A stretch of 63,809 nucleotides of DNA, counting the filler, from Dimorphilus gyrociliatus (taxonomy: Eukaryota > Animalia > Annelida): NCBI GenBank assembly GCA_904063045.1. It is 3 parts of 3 records of this genome, joined end to end, with 100 filler letters (N's around TTAATTAATTAA, not from the genome) between each part and the next. Parts side by side here need not be neighbours in the genome. Positions count along the whole stretch, not along the records: positions 29,307 to 55,435 come from CAJFCJ010000022.1; 2 more parts are not named here. One strand, 5' to 3'. Shown here piece by piece: positions 42,302 through 55,015 of the stretch (position 1 is the stretch's first letter; the number at the start of each line of letters is the position of its first letter). A model generated the notes under the pieces. That model did no database searches. It was not told the DNA's origin and was given only the letters and a program-made list of their open reading frames with translations. The translations under genes were made by a program, and so were the position numbers.

Positions 42302-42688
42302 CAATTCGTCTCAATTGAAAGATCAGAAACTTGAACAGAGAAAGCAGATAAGAAGGAGAAGGAGAATGTGGAGAAGACTACGGAGAAGGAGGAGGAGAAG
42401 AAGAAGCAGGAGAAGAATAACACGAAAAGGAAAGGCAGAACAATAAAAGAGAAGCCGACTTAGCAAAATGATAAAAAGATTTTCTATTCGTTTTTAAATA
42501 CAAAGAAATAGTAAATGGTCTACACTTTGCAAATTCGTTTTTATATAAATGTTTCAACTTGTTAAATGATAATTGATTAAGAATAAAAATATCAAATAAA
42601 GATGATCAGAGAGGAAAAGAGAAGAAATATGAAATGAAATTATTATTTTGTTTATTGTTATCTTAATTCAACATTTCTAATAATCGAA

Positions 42689-44698
42689 TTAGAATTTATG
42701 CGTTTCTAGTCGCTTCCTAAACATTTCCCTTACTTTTCTTTTTAATTTCTTTATATTCAACTTCCGCATTGCAAATTTCCTTTGCCTTTTTAATTGGGGC
42801 GTTAAATTCTCTTCGGCGTAACTGTTCTCCAATTTTGCAAGTGCCAATGCCCAAACTTCTTTCAGGTCTATTTCGTTATTATTCTCCTTCGTCATGATGA
42901 GATGCGTGCGCCCTCTTCTCATTAGATGCTGTATAAATCTTTCGGGCAGATAAAGGTAATGGTAGACTGGTTTTATACTAATGAAATTAATGTTTGGAGT
43001 GTTCCTGAATTATCAAAGGGAAAGACGAGAATAAATAAATAAATCGCAAAATTACTCTACGTATGAACAACCGCTCGTTGCCACGTATTACCTGATGAGT
43101 AGGCCCGTCATATAGACGTCTTCTACAGAGAAATAGGGTGTACGTAGAGACGTCTCGTAAAGGTCGCTAAGTATGTCAGTTGTATAGAAGTAGGAAGCAC
43201 CCGAACAATATCGGGGATAGGTTGTTCGTCCGGGAAAAACTTTTTCGTAAATACACGATTTCTGTTTATTTTCGCACAAACCCGAACTATTGCGCAAAAT
43301 GACGCTTCCTATAAATTGATTGCACATAATAAAGCGAGATGTCTTATCGTAATTCTCCTCCAAGAGGTCAATTATCGGAAAGATGTTTACAAATATATCG
43401 TCGTCAGTCTTGATAACGTAATTGCTAGCTGAACAATAGGTTTTGATCCACTTGATGGCGGCAATCCCTTGTTATTGTTGATATAGATAGTAGAAAAAAA
43501 AGAAGATTAATTATATACTTAAAGAAAGAGAGACACTAAATATATTAAAACGCAATTCAACAGGAGAAACCTTGACCTTTTTCTCCCCTGTTCTTTTTCT
43601 CTCTCTCTCTCGTCCTCCTCCTCATCTCGTGTACTTTTCCATTGTGAGATTATTGTTTTTATATATTCAAACAGAAAATAGAACTTTGGAAGAGTTATAA
43701 AAAAGATAGAGGAAAAGACTAGACATTGTTTTTCTTTAAGAACAGATGCACTTTTGTTTTTAATAAATCTTTGTTTAAAAAGTAATAGATACGGTTTATT
43801 TAAATTACCGTATTCTTCTCCTTCTCCCGCTCCTGCTCCTACTCCTGCTCCCCCTACTTATATACTTGTATACTTTAGCTATCTTCTCTCCTCGTTTCTT
43901 CACTCTACCTATTTCTAATCCTCTAACTATTTAAATAAATTACTCATGCTCACCTTTTAACGTCAAATTCTTGTAATGGTCGTGAAAGTCTTCTTGAACG
44001 ATATCGCCAAACTTGTCTCCTTCCTCCTTGATTGCTTTATTTACGTCAGGGTCGGGAGCTAGGCCTAAGACGAATATAATTCGCGACGGATATTTCACTA
44101 GGACATTTGGTTGAGACCAAATATTTCTCATAACTTGTCGTCTAGCAAAGTTTTTGGGTGCGGTAATGCAGTAGACAATATAGACAGGTTTCGGGTCAGT
44201 TAGGCATAAATTCTCGTTATTAACAACATACTTAAAATCGTGAGGATTGACTATTGTCGACCTAACGTGAAAATCTTCACCAACTGATTCAGTAGTTTGC
44301 GGTTCTTGAAATTCTTGAAATTTTTCACGTCTTTCAATTGTTGCGGTTTTATGAACGGAAGTTGTTAAATCGTCAAACGTATTTTCTCTATCAACGCTAA
44401 CCCTCTGCTCAACAATTCGATTTCCACTCCCACTATTTTCCTTAGTTTCAATACCGACATCCCTATTTAGAATTGGAGATGATTTACTGGTTTTAGTGTT
44501 TTCGTCTCTTTCTACTCTAACTATATTTAATTGATCAACTTCAGACGAAAGCTTTATCCTATTTGAACCTTTCTCAGCGAATTTTACGACTGCAGGTGTT
44601 TTATCTCGAATGATCTGTCTTCTAATGATGACAAGACAACAACCTAAAAGAACACCAAATAGAAGAAGTTTTCTAAATTTACTCAAGTTTGGTAACAT
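42689..44698 (-). CDS. Beta-1,3-galactosyltransferase family (GT31); exons 44698-43954, 43467-43092, 43004-42689
   Basis: Type II TM anchor; RRQVMRNIW; DIVQEDFHDHYKNLTLK; KTDDDIFVN (DxD); YPRYCSG; EDVYMTG; phases check out. Confidence 0.93.
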
Positions 44699-46640
44699 TC
44701 TTTTTAAAGTTTTCTGCTCTCTTTCTTTTTCTCTCTCTCCTCTCCCTCTATATCTCGTTTGCTCCTTCCTTCGCTCGCCTGCTCGTTTCTTCTCTCTATT
44801 CGTTTATCTGGCTACATACGAAAGAAGATGTACAAAAGATTTAATCTTAAATTAATTTAAAATTTCCGAAAAGTTAATCCTCTATTAAATTCTCTTCCTT
44901 TCCTCGTCTCACCTCGTCTTTTAGGTAATCTAAAATCGAAAACAACCTGATATTCTCTACCTCTCTTCCCCATCTGCCTATTGCCCGTCCCTTTTGAGTT
45001 TACAGTCGAATCCCGCTAGTAATTTTTACAAACGTGTTCTTTACCGAAAAATCGTCTGACAAGTGATAATTCTCCGACTTGCCTGCCGCTGACGTGTTCA
45101 ATTTTCGTTCAATTTTCAATTCTTACTTCTTTGCTTGTTGACAATTTTTTCAGGGAGCAGACGATCACAGCTTTTCCCTTCAGTTCCTTGTAATCGGCAG
45201 GATGAAAAGGAGAAAAGAGCGGGATAGAAGGCAAAAGTAGAAAGATATTGCACGTTTCCCGTAAGAAATTTGTTTAAATCACTGAAAGTGTACGAGTTTG
45301 TTTAATTGAATAAATTTAGCTTCAAGATATTTGTTTTCTTTTTTTAGCTATTTAATCAAGAGAGTTAGTTACACATTATCCATTTTTCTACACCCTACTC
45401 TTCTCCCCCCCTCTCCCTCGCATCTCTTAAGCATACAACAAAACATCTGTTTTTATAAATTCATCAATAATACGTCCAATAAAACCCTAACCAACCATCA
45501 ATCTGCTGATAGAAAGCCAAGGAAAAGCAACATAATCTTGAACGAGCATTTTGAAAAACGTTTATTAATCATTTATTGTTTATATCTTGTTTAAAAATCG
45601 TCCATGTCTTGTTTCTTTTTGTGTCATGCTTACTAATGATTTAAGTGAATTGTGATTCATGTTGTAGTCATAATAAGCAAGATCACATTGTTTTTTTTTC
45701 CCTTTTATCTATCTATCTATCTATCTCTTATTGAATCACTTTTGATTTTATAGCGCTAAATGTATAAATATGAATAATCTTCTGTCTTCCCAACAAGGCA
45801 GAATCTGTGTAAATTTTCACTTAAAATATAATTATCGTAATTCATTTACTCGTCTCCTTCCTAATTATTTTGAAACTTTATTTATAAATTAAGGAGTACT
45901 TGTCAGGTTTTAAAGGGTCATTGTTTTATCTGTTCATACTTCCTTTGGTTATAACTCCCTCTTTAGGACTTTATCATCAACAACTTTACAAAGTTACTTT
46001 ATCGAAGGCCATTGTCTTGATAAAAAACGAGCACAATTACTTGATATATGAAAGTTCGTTATATGAATGACTTGTTGAATGAACATTTTACAAAGTAGAA
46101 CAGTTGGAGGAAACAATACCAAACGGACATGGTTAAACTAGCCAGAAGATGAGGGAAAATGTTTATTGAGTGAGAGGGAGGAAGGGAGAAAGGGTTATGG
46201 AGAGGGAGGGAGAGGGAAAGAGAGAGGGAGAGAGAGAGAGAGAGAAAAAGAGAGATAAACAGGCAGATAGGAGAATAGACAAACAGAGACAGAGAGAGAG
46301 AGAGAGATAGTGAGAAAAGAGGGCTATATGGATGGGCATATAGATACTGAGAAAACAATGAGAGCAATGTGTAAAAAGAGTAATGATAGTAGTAATAAAA
46401 TATAGATCTAAATAAATTTTTTTAATGCATTTTATTTTCTTAAACGACTGTTATCAAAAGAAGACTGATAAGATTTCATTACACTTTCTTACGGAATTTG
46501 AAATACTTTTGCAGATAATCAAAACGTTATCATTATATATAAAACGACAATCTAATTCATATGCAACAAAGAAGTCTTATGCTCGACTTCTGCATATGTT
46601 TTTTTTTCAATTTTCTGCATAAATATTTCCAATTGCAACA

Positions 46641-49600
46641 ATGAAATTCTCCAAAATGTCGTCACTACGAGGAAGAGCATCCTCTCCTAAAACGCCCATA
46701 AAGGCGGCAATGGGAGGTTTGCTGGCCTTGATACTTTTGGGATTTGTTCTTGTCAGGAGCTTTGAAACTCAATCATCCGCTTTTGTCCACACTTCTCCAT
46801 TTAAATCTTCGAGAACTGGAATTTTTAGGCACTTGTTGCAGCAAGCCGACCAAGACGATGTTGAGGTTAGTTTATACAATCTTTTCAAAAATTTTATCTT
46901 AATCAAAAATTTACAAACGATTAGATAAAATTTTTAACTTTGTTACTGATAATATTGATTTTCTTTCTTCTTATTCATCATCTTTACCATCTTACATCTA
47001 TATCTTCCTTTCGCTCTTCTTCTCTTTTCATTCAGAACTTTCCTCTCAAACTCTTCCTCACCCAAATGCCGAGGCAATGCAAATGGCAATAATTCGTTAA
47101 CACTGGCAAATAACAATAAAAGAATGTAAAATCGTCAAAGACGTTCAGGGAGAAGAGTACTGGGAATGAAAAGTTTTCCTTTTCATTCCATCAATGAATC
47201 AATTCTTGTAAATTGCAATCTCTACTTTTAAAATACTAGCGTACCTTGACAATTAGTGAAGAGATAACATTTTCTTCGGTTCATGTCATATATATTGTCA
47301 CGATAACGATAATATTATTAATAATAAAAACATTGAATGTCAATAATAATAACAAGAGAAGAGAGCGAAAGATCGCAGATTTTCCGCAATACTGAATGCG
47401 TAGCCATTCATAACTCTAGCTAGATTAAGAAGTTCATTTCTAAACGATACTAACAATAGGCAAATAGGGAAAGGAAAATGACTGTAAATGATACGGATAA
47501 CAGGAGAGAGTACGACGAATAATAATTGCCAACCAATGGGACATGAATGGCACCATAGCTGAAATGAAAGACAGAGGGAAATCATTATCTGAAAAATCGA
47601 GTTCTATTTCTCAGTAAATAGTGTCAAGCATAACACTTATCATATATATACACTCAAATAGGATACTATATAGAATATAGCCTTTGGCTCGGGTCCCTAG
47701 TTCTAAAGTATTCGACACGTGACCAATTATTAGAACACAACAAAAAAAAATCTAAAATGATAAATGATTTCTTTTTAATACGTGGAATTGTTGAAATTTT
47801 TGTTTTTTAGTTAATCCGTTTTTTTTTGTTTTTATTCAATTTTTTATAGTTAATTCCTTCCTTAGTGTTGTTCTAATCCTTCCTAATCCTTCTCCCTTTT
47901 AAACAGTGCCGAGATGTTCGAAAAGAAAATTCAACGGAAGCTAAATGCAATTTTATTAAGAGAACCGAAGATTGCGAGAATGACGACGGTTTCTTTGACT
48001 ACAACGATTTCGTTTATTGTAAATTAGGTAAAGTTGTACCACTGGCTATGGTTATTCTCGTTATTTGGTGGCTGTTCTGCTTTATTGGCTTGGCCGTTAC
48101 TGCAGACGATTAGTTAGTCTTATCATTCATAGCATTTTATATACTTTCCTCTCGCGACCCATCGCCCACAATTCTTTCTCTTTTAATTGCTTAATACTCC
48201 CTTTCCTCCCAACAGTTTTTGCCCTTCATTGGTGGTTATTTCAAAGACGCTCAGACTCAGCCCTAACGTTGCTATATCCTTTTTATTTGCCTCTAGTTAA
48301 CTAAAAACTCGAATCACTGATAGGAACTGTGCGAGAACGCCTAAAAATTCTAGCTAAAAAAGAACTTAAGGTTAACTTTGCCGTTCGTTAAATGACCAAC
48401 AAAGTAGGTTATTGATTTGTGGAGTAGTTTTAGGAAGATAATTTTCGATAACTTTAACTTTATATCTACTCAAAAAGATAGATATGTATATTTTTTTTTT
48501 GATAAGTCGAAAGCAAAGAAAGAAAGAAGAAAGAAGGAAGGAAGGAAGGAAGGAAGGACACGACATTTTATTGCCCGTTGGAGAACTGCCCCGTTTCCAA
48601 TCCTTCCTTCCCTTTTTCTCTCTCACCAACCTTTTTTTTCCTTAACTCGCTTCTCTTACGGTGTAACCTTTTTAGCTTTTGGTAACGGAGCTCCTGATTT
48701 ATTTTCCGCTATCGCCTCCTTTGGCAATATGAAGGGTGGAGATTCCGGTTTGGGAGTTGGCGGTCTGCTCGGTGCTGGAATGTTTGTTACGACTGTTGTT
48801 GTTGGTACAATTGCAGTTATTAAAGCCTTTAAGGCTACCGAACGTCCTTTCCTCAGAGATGTCATCTTTTACATCGGGCTCGTCTATTGGACTTTTTTCA
48901 TTTTGTGGAAAGAAAAAGTGTACATGGGCGAAGCTATAGGATTTATTTGCCTATATGTTTTCTACGTTATTACAGTTATCGTGTCTGGAGCTATATATAA
49001 GAAACAATCGAAAAAAGGAGTAAAGACAACTGGAGTTGAAATTAAAAGCTACAAACTAAGTACGACTGACGATAAATTTCAAAGGAATGAAAGTTTCGCC
49101 GACAACTTAGCATCCGCTTCTCGCGAACAGGATTACACCAATTTAGCATACGAAAACGACTTAGAGACTCCAACAAATGGTTAGATAAAAAAACAAATTT
49201 CTTAATTCTTCTCTCTCTCTCTTTGTTTCTTTCCTTTTTTTTCCTTGTCTCTGCTTACACCTTCTAATCGTTTTAGATTATGAACTCTTTCCAAATACGG
49301 GAGACGACAGGCACAGAAAGATTTCTTATATGCCAAGCAATGGGGCTACCACTAATACCTCGAATAACCACCAAGCTTTAGACAATACCACTATTCAAGA
49401 ACAGGACGAACAACGAGAAGACACCCAAGACGCAGAGTCATCGATTGGTGAACCGCCAAGTCCCTTTAAACTCTTCCTCCTCGGATTAAATCCAATCAAT
49501 ATTGATGATTGGTCAGATATGAAGATCTACGCCAAAGTCTACGAAATCTTCAAGAGCCCAATCGTTCTCCTAATCAACTGCAATAGTCCTGTCGTTGACT

Positions 49601-50606
49601 ACGAGATTGAAGACACTCACAACTGGAATAGATATTTGCAAGTCTTTCAAACGTTCAGCGCTCCTACGTTTATTGTCATACTCATCCAGCGTAAGTAGAG
49701 TGCTCTTTTAAATTATTTTCTCTTCTAAATTATGATCCTCTCCTCTCTCTCCTCTTCCCTATGTAGAATACAATGAAAAGATCGGAGGAAAGGTACCTTC
49801 CTACGCAGTCTCTCTAGCCATAGGGCTTTTACTAGCCGTCATAGTATTTTTTACATCAAAAAATTATGAAAAACCAAAATATCATTTTGTAAGTGGAGCA
49901 TGAACCAGTTTGCTTGTTTTGCCTTCATTTCATCTTTTCTCTTTCGTTATCTTTTCCTAGATTTTTGGCTATTTTGGATTTATTATGTCGATCGTTTGGA
50001 TTTACGTTATTGCAAATGAAATTGTCAATTTGTTGGAGGTAAGATAACATAATCGAACCAACTGTAAGATTATCTAATCCTCCTTCTTCGTCTTCCGACA
50101 GACGTTCGGAATTGTATTAAATATAAGCAATGCCATATTAGGATTAACCCTACTTGCATGGGGTAATAGCGTGGGGGATTGGATTGCCAATACTATAATG
50201 GCCAGACAGGGATTTGCCCGTATGGGCTTTTCAGCTTGTTTTGGGGCACCATTCTTCAGTAAGTATTACGTCGATTTTCCTTTCTAACCCTCCCATTAAC
50301 TAACTGGAAACAATTTCCTCTTTTTCAGATTTATCTTTAGGTTTTGCCATTCCACTTTTAATTAATATGATTAAGGATAAAGAAAACTCGAAACCGTTGG
50401 TATTGAAAGCTCCACAGGTGGTTCTTTGTGGATTTCTTTTGGCAAGTTTAGTCTCCTCCCTAATCTTTTTACCTGTGCGAAAATTTAAGGCAAACAAAAT
50501 TTACGGAGCCTATCTACTGGTGCTCTATATCGTCTTTCTAATTGTCGCCATACTCGTCGAGACAGACGTCATACCTAGCAAAAACTTTAAAAAACCAAAC
50601 TGGTAG
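46641..50606 (+). CDS. SLC8B1: Na/Li/Ca exchanger NCLX (CCX clade), 9 exons: 46641-46865, 47907-48112, 48216-48273, 48660-49179, 49277-49690, 49767-49888, 49961-50038, 50102-50258, 50329-50606
   Basis: YFCPSL; alpha-1 GVTFLAFGNGAPDLF; alpha-2 GLTLLAWGNSVGD...ARQG...ACFGAP; continuous ORF after splicing. Confidence 0.9.
48274..48659 (+). other. U12-type (AT-AC) minor spliceosomal intron, 386 nt
   Basis: 5' splice site ATATCCTTTT; branch point TTCCTTAAC at 48638-48646; AC acceptor at 48658-48659; splicing gives NVA|GVTFLAFGNG in frame. Confidence 0.95.
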
Positions 50607-51978
50607 AAAAAAGACTGAACTATTTGCTCAACAAAATTGACAAACAATACAAACAAGAAATGTAGAAAAAAGTGAACTATTCAGCAAAACACTAATTTTA
50701 TTGTTCTCACCTTGATTAAAAGAAATTCAGTCAGTCGGTCATTTTGTCATTTTTGCAGAAATTCTTGTTGATTTTTACTTTCTTCCGTTTCTTTCGTTGG
50801 AAGCATCTCGGAAAAGATGGAGAAAACTTCCCCTTCTCTCTTTTAGCAGAGAAAAGCCAAGCAACAGAAGTATTATTTCTTTTTAAAGTTCTGCTATGTT
50901 TTGATTGATAACAGCTTAACTAATTCGGAAAGCGTTTAGCTGTTTAAAGGTATTTTTTGATTAGAAAAAGATGCATAATACGCCGTTTGCATATCAATTA
51001 CGTTTATATTAAATATTGTATATTTAATGTTTTCTTACGATTTTCATCATTTTCACTATTGCCGTCGGCATGTTTATCAATCATTGTCATTTCTATTGCC
51101 GTTGCCGACGGCTTATGGCGAAATAGCACATGTTTTTTTGCAATTTTACACTTTGTACAGTTTCGTGTTTTTTAGTTTCATCTTGTAAAATACACTGTTT
51201 GCAAGCTTTATCATTAATTTCTCTTGTTCCATTTTTGGCGGAATAACCATTCTACATTTTCTTTTAGATATTCAAACAAAAATCTGTCTCAAAATGTCCT
51301 TTATTACATGTTTGCTTGTCACGTTTTTATACTGTTTTGTCGAGAAAAACAGCTGTTTTTAATTTGGGAGAAAGATTAATTTTCTTCCATTAATTTCCTT
51401 ATTCTTGTTCTTAGTTGAATTCTCTGTTTGAACCGGTTTTCAAATAAAAAGAAATAAAAAACATTATAGACTATTTGTCTTTGTTAATTAATCGCTTACT
51501 GATTTATACTTCGTTCTCTTCCTATATAAGATAAACGCTAGTTTTTCTTCTACCGCAAATAATATTTCCTATAGCCTAAAACTGGAAAGTTTTACCATCG
51601 TATCTCCTTGAATCAATGTTCAATCAATCAACAGCTGATGGTGATTATCGAGTTTCTTTAATAAATCCATTCAAGAATTTATGGAAAATCGACCAAAAAG
51701 AAGTAGCATATTGATATAAAAATGCTAAAATTTCATTACAAAATAAAAGGCGGAGAATTGAAGTCTATTTAATTGAAATTTTAGCATTTTATGGTGGTTT
51801 TTGTTGAATCGCTAGACATTCTGTCTAGTAGGAAATCTATAAAATTAATTAGTAGAAAATCTTGATGAAAATATGAATAAAATTGATTAATAAAAGCCAT
51901 AGAAAGATTTTCAAATCAAGTAGTTGATGGAAAATAAAAAGGTTATTATCATGATTCTGGAGATTTTTGTTTTGAGCG

Positions 51979-52015
<37 letters not shown>

Positions 52016-52900
52016 CAGAAAGACATGACAAACTTGCTCTTTTTCGCTATCTACTTTCCATCCTACTTTGGTATATACTGTAAATACTGACATATTTAAG
52101 ATAATAATTCCATCTGAAATGTCAGCTCCTGCCACTGTAGTCGAGAGGGAAACACCTCACTCAATAGCCTATACTCTGTCAGACAGCAGAGAATCAGCTA
52201 TTCTAGTAAACTTATCAAAAGAAGATATTGAAATTGGATACAAAGTGCAATTAGGATTGACAAATCCAGCTTATGTATCGTTTCAATTTATTGAAGGTAT
52301 GATATCAACATATATTCATTCATTCATTCATTCAATCAATCAATCAATACTTTATAATATTAATCTTCAAAGAATATACTTTTTCAATGATGAAAAAGTA
52401 CTAGTGACCTTCTAGTCGTTACCAATTGCCAAATTGGAAATCAAAAGCTTAGAGCTTGGCAAACTTACGAGTGAAGCAGGCAATTTTACTTTTTTCTTTT
52501 TGTCATTTGTCTTGTATCTTGTTGAAAGTATTTCAGAGTATTTAAGTCAACATCCTCGTAAAAATGATAATATTATCGCTTTTTCACCTGAAAATCTTTT
52601 CCAAGTAGATTTTTTCTTGGGAAAAAGAAGAAAAACAACTAATACCGACATGGAAAATCCTGTGAAAATGTCTTTCTACAGTTTGCACTATTCAAAGTTT
52701 GTATGCTTGTACTTTTCCTCTACCTGAAATGATTGACTACTATCCGATTTAATATCAAATACACTATACATACTAAACAGTTGATCTGCAATTGTCATCA
52801 TCATTGTTATTGTATTGGAAATGAACAAAAAGGAAAATATCAACTTTGAACTAAAGTTGAAATGTTGGTTATTTAACTAAACACGTTCATGTTTTGAAAC

Positions 52901-54631
52901 TTAATTTCGAGATACTGCACTAGTACAGATTATCGTAACGGAAGCGTCACTGTCAACGCATCCATAGTTTTCCCAATGAATTTTATCATTCACTTTCAAA
53001 TTCATCAAAACAGATCGTGTGAAATGATTGTTCTCGTCAATCATACTTTGTTTTGCTGAAACTGCAACCATTTGTTTGTTCAAGAACATTCTTACATCCA
53101 CCTTCGAAGTATGATATTTCGAAAATGTAAATTCTATGTAATAGATTCCAGGCTTTTTGACGTTATACTCGTGTAATTTCGAATTCCACGATCTCTCCGA
53201 ATCGTAGGAAGTCGATTTCAAATTGATACGTCTAAACTCTCTACACTTGCTGTCCGTTGATACTGCTTGAAAGTAGGGTAGAATTTCATTTAATCTAAAT
53301 GCAGACATATAAGTGTCTATTCGTTGTCCCGATTCGATTGGACGCATAGGAAGAAAAGGCCTATGCGTTTCTGCTCTCAACACATCCCCTGCTGTCAATC
53401 GCACAAGAACACTCCTCGAAAATGTATCGCTTAAACCGTGAGATGTAATTGCTCCCTTCAGCTCGAGCAGTGTTTGAAAAACATTGTAATTCCTATCCAC
53501 ATTGATTGATAAACTCACTTTGTATCGAGTGTTTACGTGGGTATAGCCTATTTTCATTCATGCATTCACGAGATATAAGCCGCTTTTTGAGGCTCTAAAT
53601 TGCGACAATAAGCTATTTTCTTGAAATCCTTTCAGCGCCGAAACGATATGCCATTTGACTGTTCCAAACTCTAGATTTTTGTCACTTCCGCAAAATAGAT
53701 ATTCATCTGATACGTAGTGGAAACCCAGCCAAGATGTTTCTTTACCAATCTCTGAACTGTACAGCGTCGACCGAATCAATTGTTTCAAAACCGGTTTGAA
53801 TAATCGGCTAAGAACGAACAGTCCAGATCTGGAAAATGTTTCCGCTCCTGTCAACTTCGCGTCGGCTCGCCGAACTAGTCCAACATTTCTACCTGTGCTT
53901 TCTAGTATTACATCAATTGACTTTTTTGCGGGAGAGCTTGTCGTCATAGAGAAAAATTACAATCCTGGTTTCTTAATGGAAACACGATTTGTTTCAGGGT
54001 CGAACATTTTGTTTACATTCAAATCAATCGACGTTCAATTCATTACTCCCGGATTAACGTTCACAGTACGTTTTAACGAAACCATAAAGGCCAGCTCTGC
54101 GCAAGGACCGTTATTGCAGGGTCTTTCTTCCAGAGACTTTCCCCTGCAATTTTTACCTCCATTCGCTGGTGGTGGACTGCTACAAGTTGGTTCCCTTCCT
54201 TCAACTCCATTACCGCAAGGAGCAGCGCAATTACTCCAGCTGGTCCATTGACTCCATTCTCCATGAACCAATTCAGATCCATCAGGAATTTTACTACAAA
54301 TTACACTCTTACTATTTTCCAAACTCAGAGAAGGATTAAATTGTGTTCCTGGAGGACAAACTTGCCGCCAACCTTGTCCATTTACGCAATTATAATAAAA
54401 GCTGTTGTCCGATGCACTTGGAACAGTAGAATTCAGGTTCGGCCGACATTCGGCAACAGTGGTATCTGCATTTTGCTCAGGGAAACTTTCAGTTTGTGGC
54501 TCAGGGTTCTTTGCTGGTGAACAATCGGATAGATTTGGTTGAACGCAGACAAAATATTGAAAATCTATGTAGGTGATCTTAAAATGTTGATTGACTGGGC
54601 ATCGATGCGAAGTTGCAGTACCATTAAAGCA
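52901..54631 (-). pseudogene. 5'-truncated CBM14(partial)-CBM14-TSP1-C1q-like x3 gene; one 577-codon frame with three internal stops
   Basis: CFNG...CPVN...C; YYNCVNG...CPPGTQFNP; WSQWTSWSNCAAPCGNG...C; three KKPG(L/I)Y...T(F)SRS.L units; stops at 54035-54037, 53957-53959, 53558-53560; no frameshift or intron. Confidence 0.8.
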
Positions 54632-54974
54632 GGGTTAGGGTTTGGTAAGGGTTATGGGTTAGGCCACTCACACAACTCTGGTAATGTTTTTGGGAACTGG
54701 TTAGCTAGTGTTCCAGTGTAATACCTAACTTTTACTCAATGTTAGGTAGGGGTTCTCCTTGGTCAGGATTATAGATCTGGGCTCCCAGTCTTAGTCAGGT
54801 TTTGGGAACTGGTTAGTTGGTGTTCCAGGGTTCTACCAATTTTCCAATAGGTAGGAGTTCTCTATGTCTGAGCTCCTTGGTGCTTCAGTGCTCTGTCAAA
54901 CTCTTAGTCTTATTCAATAACAATTAAATTTTTTCTTTTTCATCAACTTTTTATTTTAAACTTTAAAACATATT
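54632..54974. repeat. Subtelomeric block: degenerate telomeric repeats, a duplicated ~70-nt unit and an AT-rich tail
   Basis: GGGTTAGGGTTTGGTAAGGGTTATGGGTTAGG at 54632-54663; GGGAACTGGTTAG...GTGTTCCAG at 54692 and 54804. Confidence 0.8.
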
Positions 54975-55015
54975 ACAACAATATTTCGCCTCTACTTGAG
55001 GCTTCATCAGGTTGT
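54975..55015 (-). ncRNA. Minimal type I hammerhead ribozyme motif (Penelope-like-element type)
   Basis: Minus strand: ACAAC-CUGAUGA-A-GCCUC-AAGUA-GAGGC-GAAA-UA-UU-GUUGU; 5-bp stem I, 5-bp stem II, palindromic AUAU in place of stem III. Confidence 0.8.

Noticed and set aside
52068-52727. Short plus-strand ORFs with splice-like signals
   Set aside because: Could not build a stop-free spliced product or recognise a domain.
52901-54631. Stop-codon reassignment or read-through (two TGA at plausible Trp sites, one TAA at a Tyr site)
   Set aside because: Neighbouring intact genes end with TGA (MMP), TAA (SLC6, GT31) and TAG (NCLX) and use TGG for Trp; simple nonsense decay after 5' truncation explains the stops.
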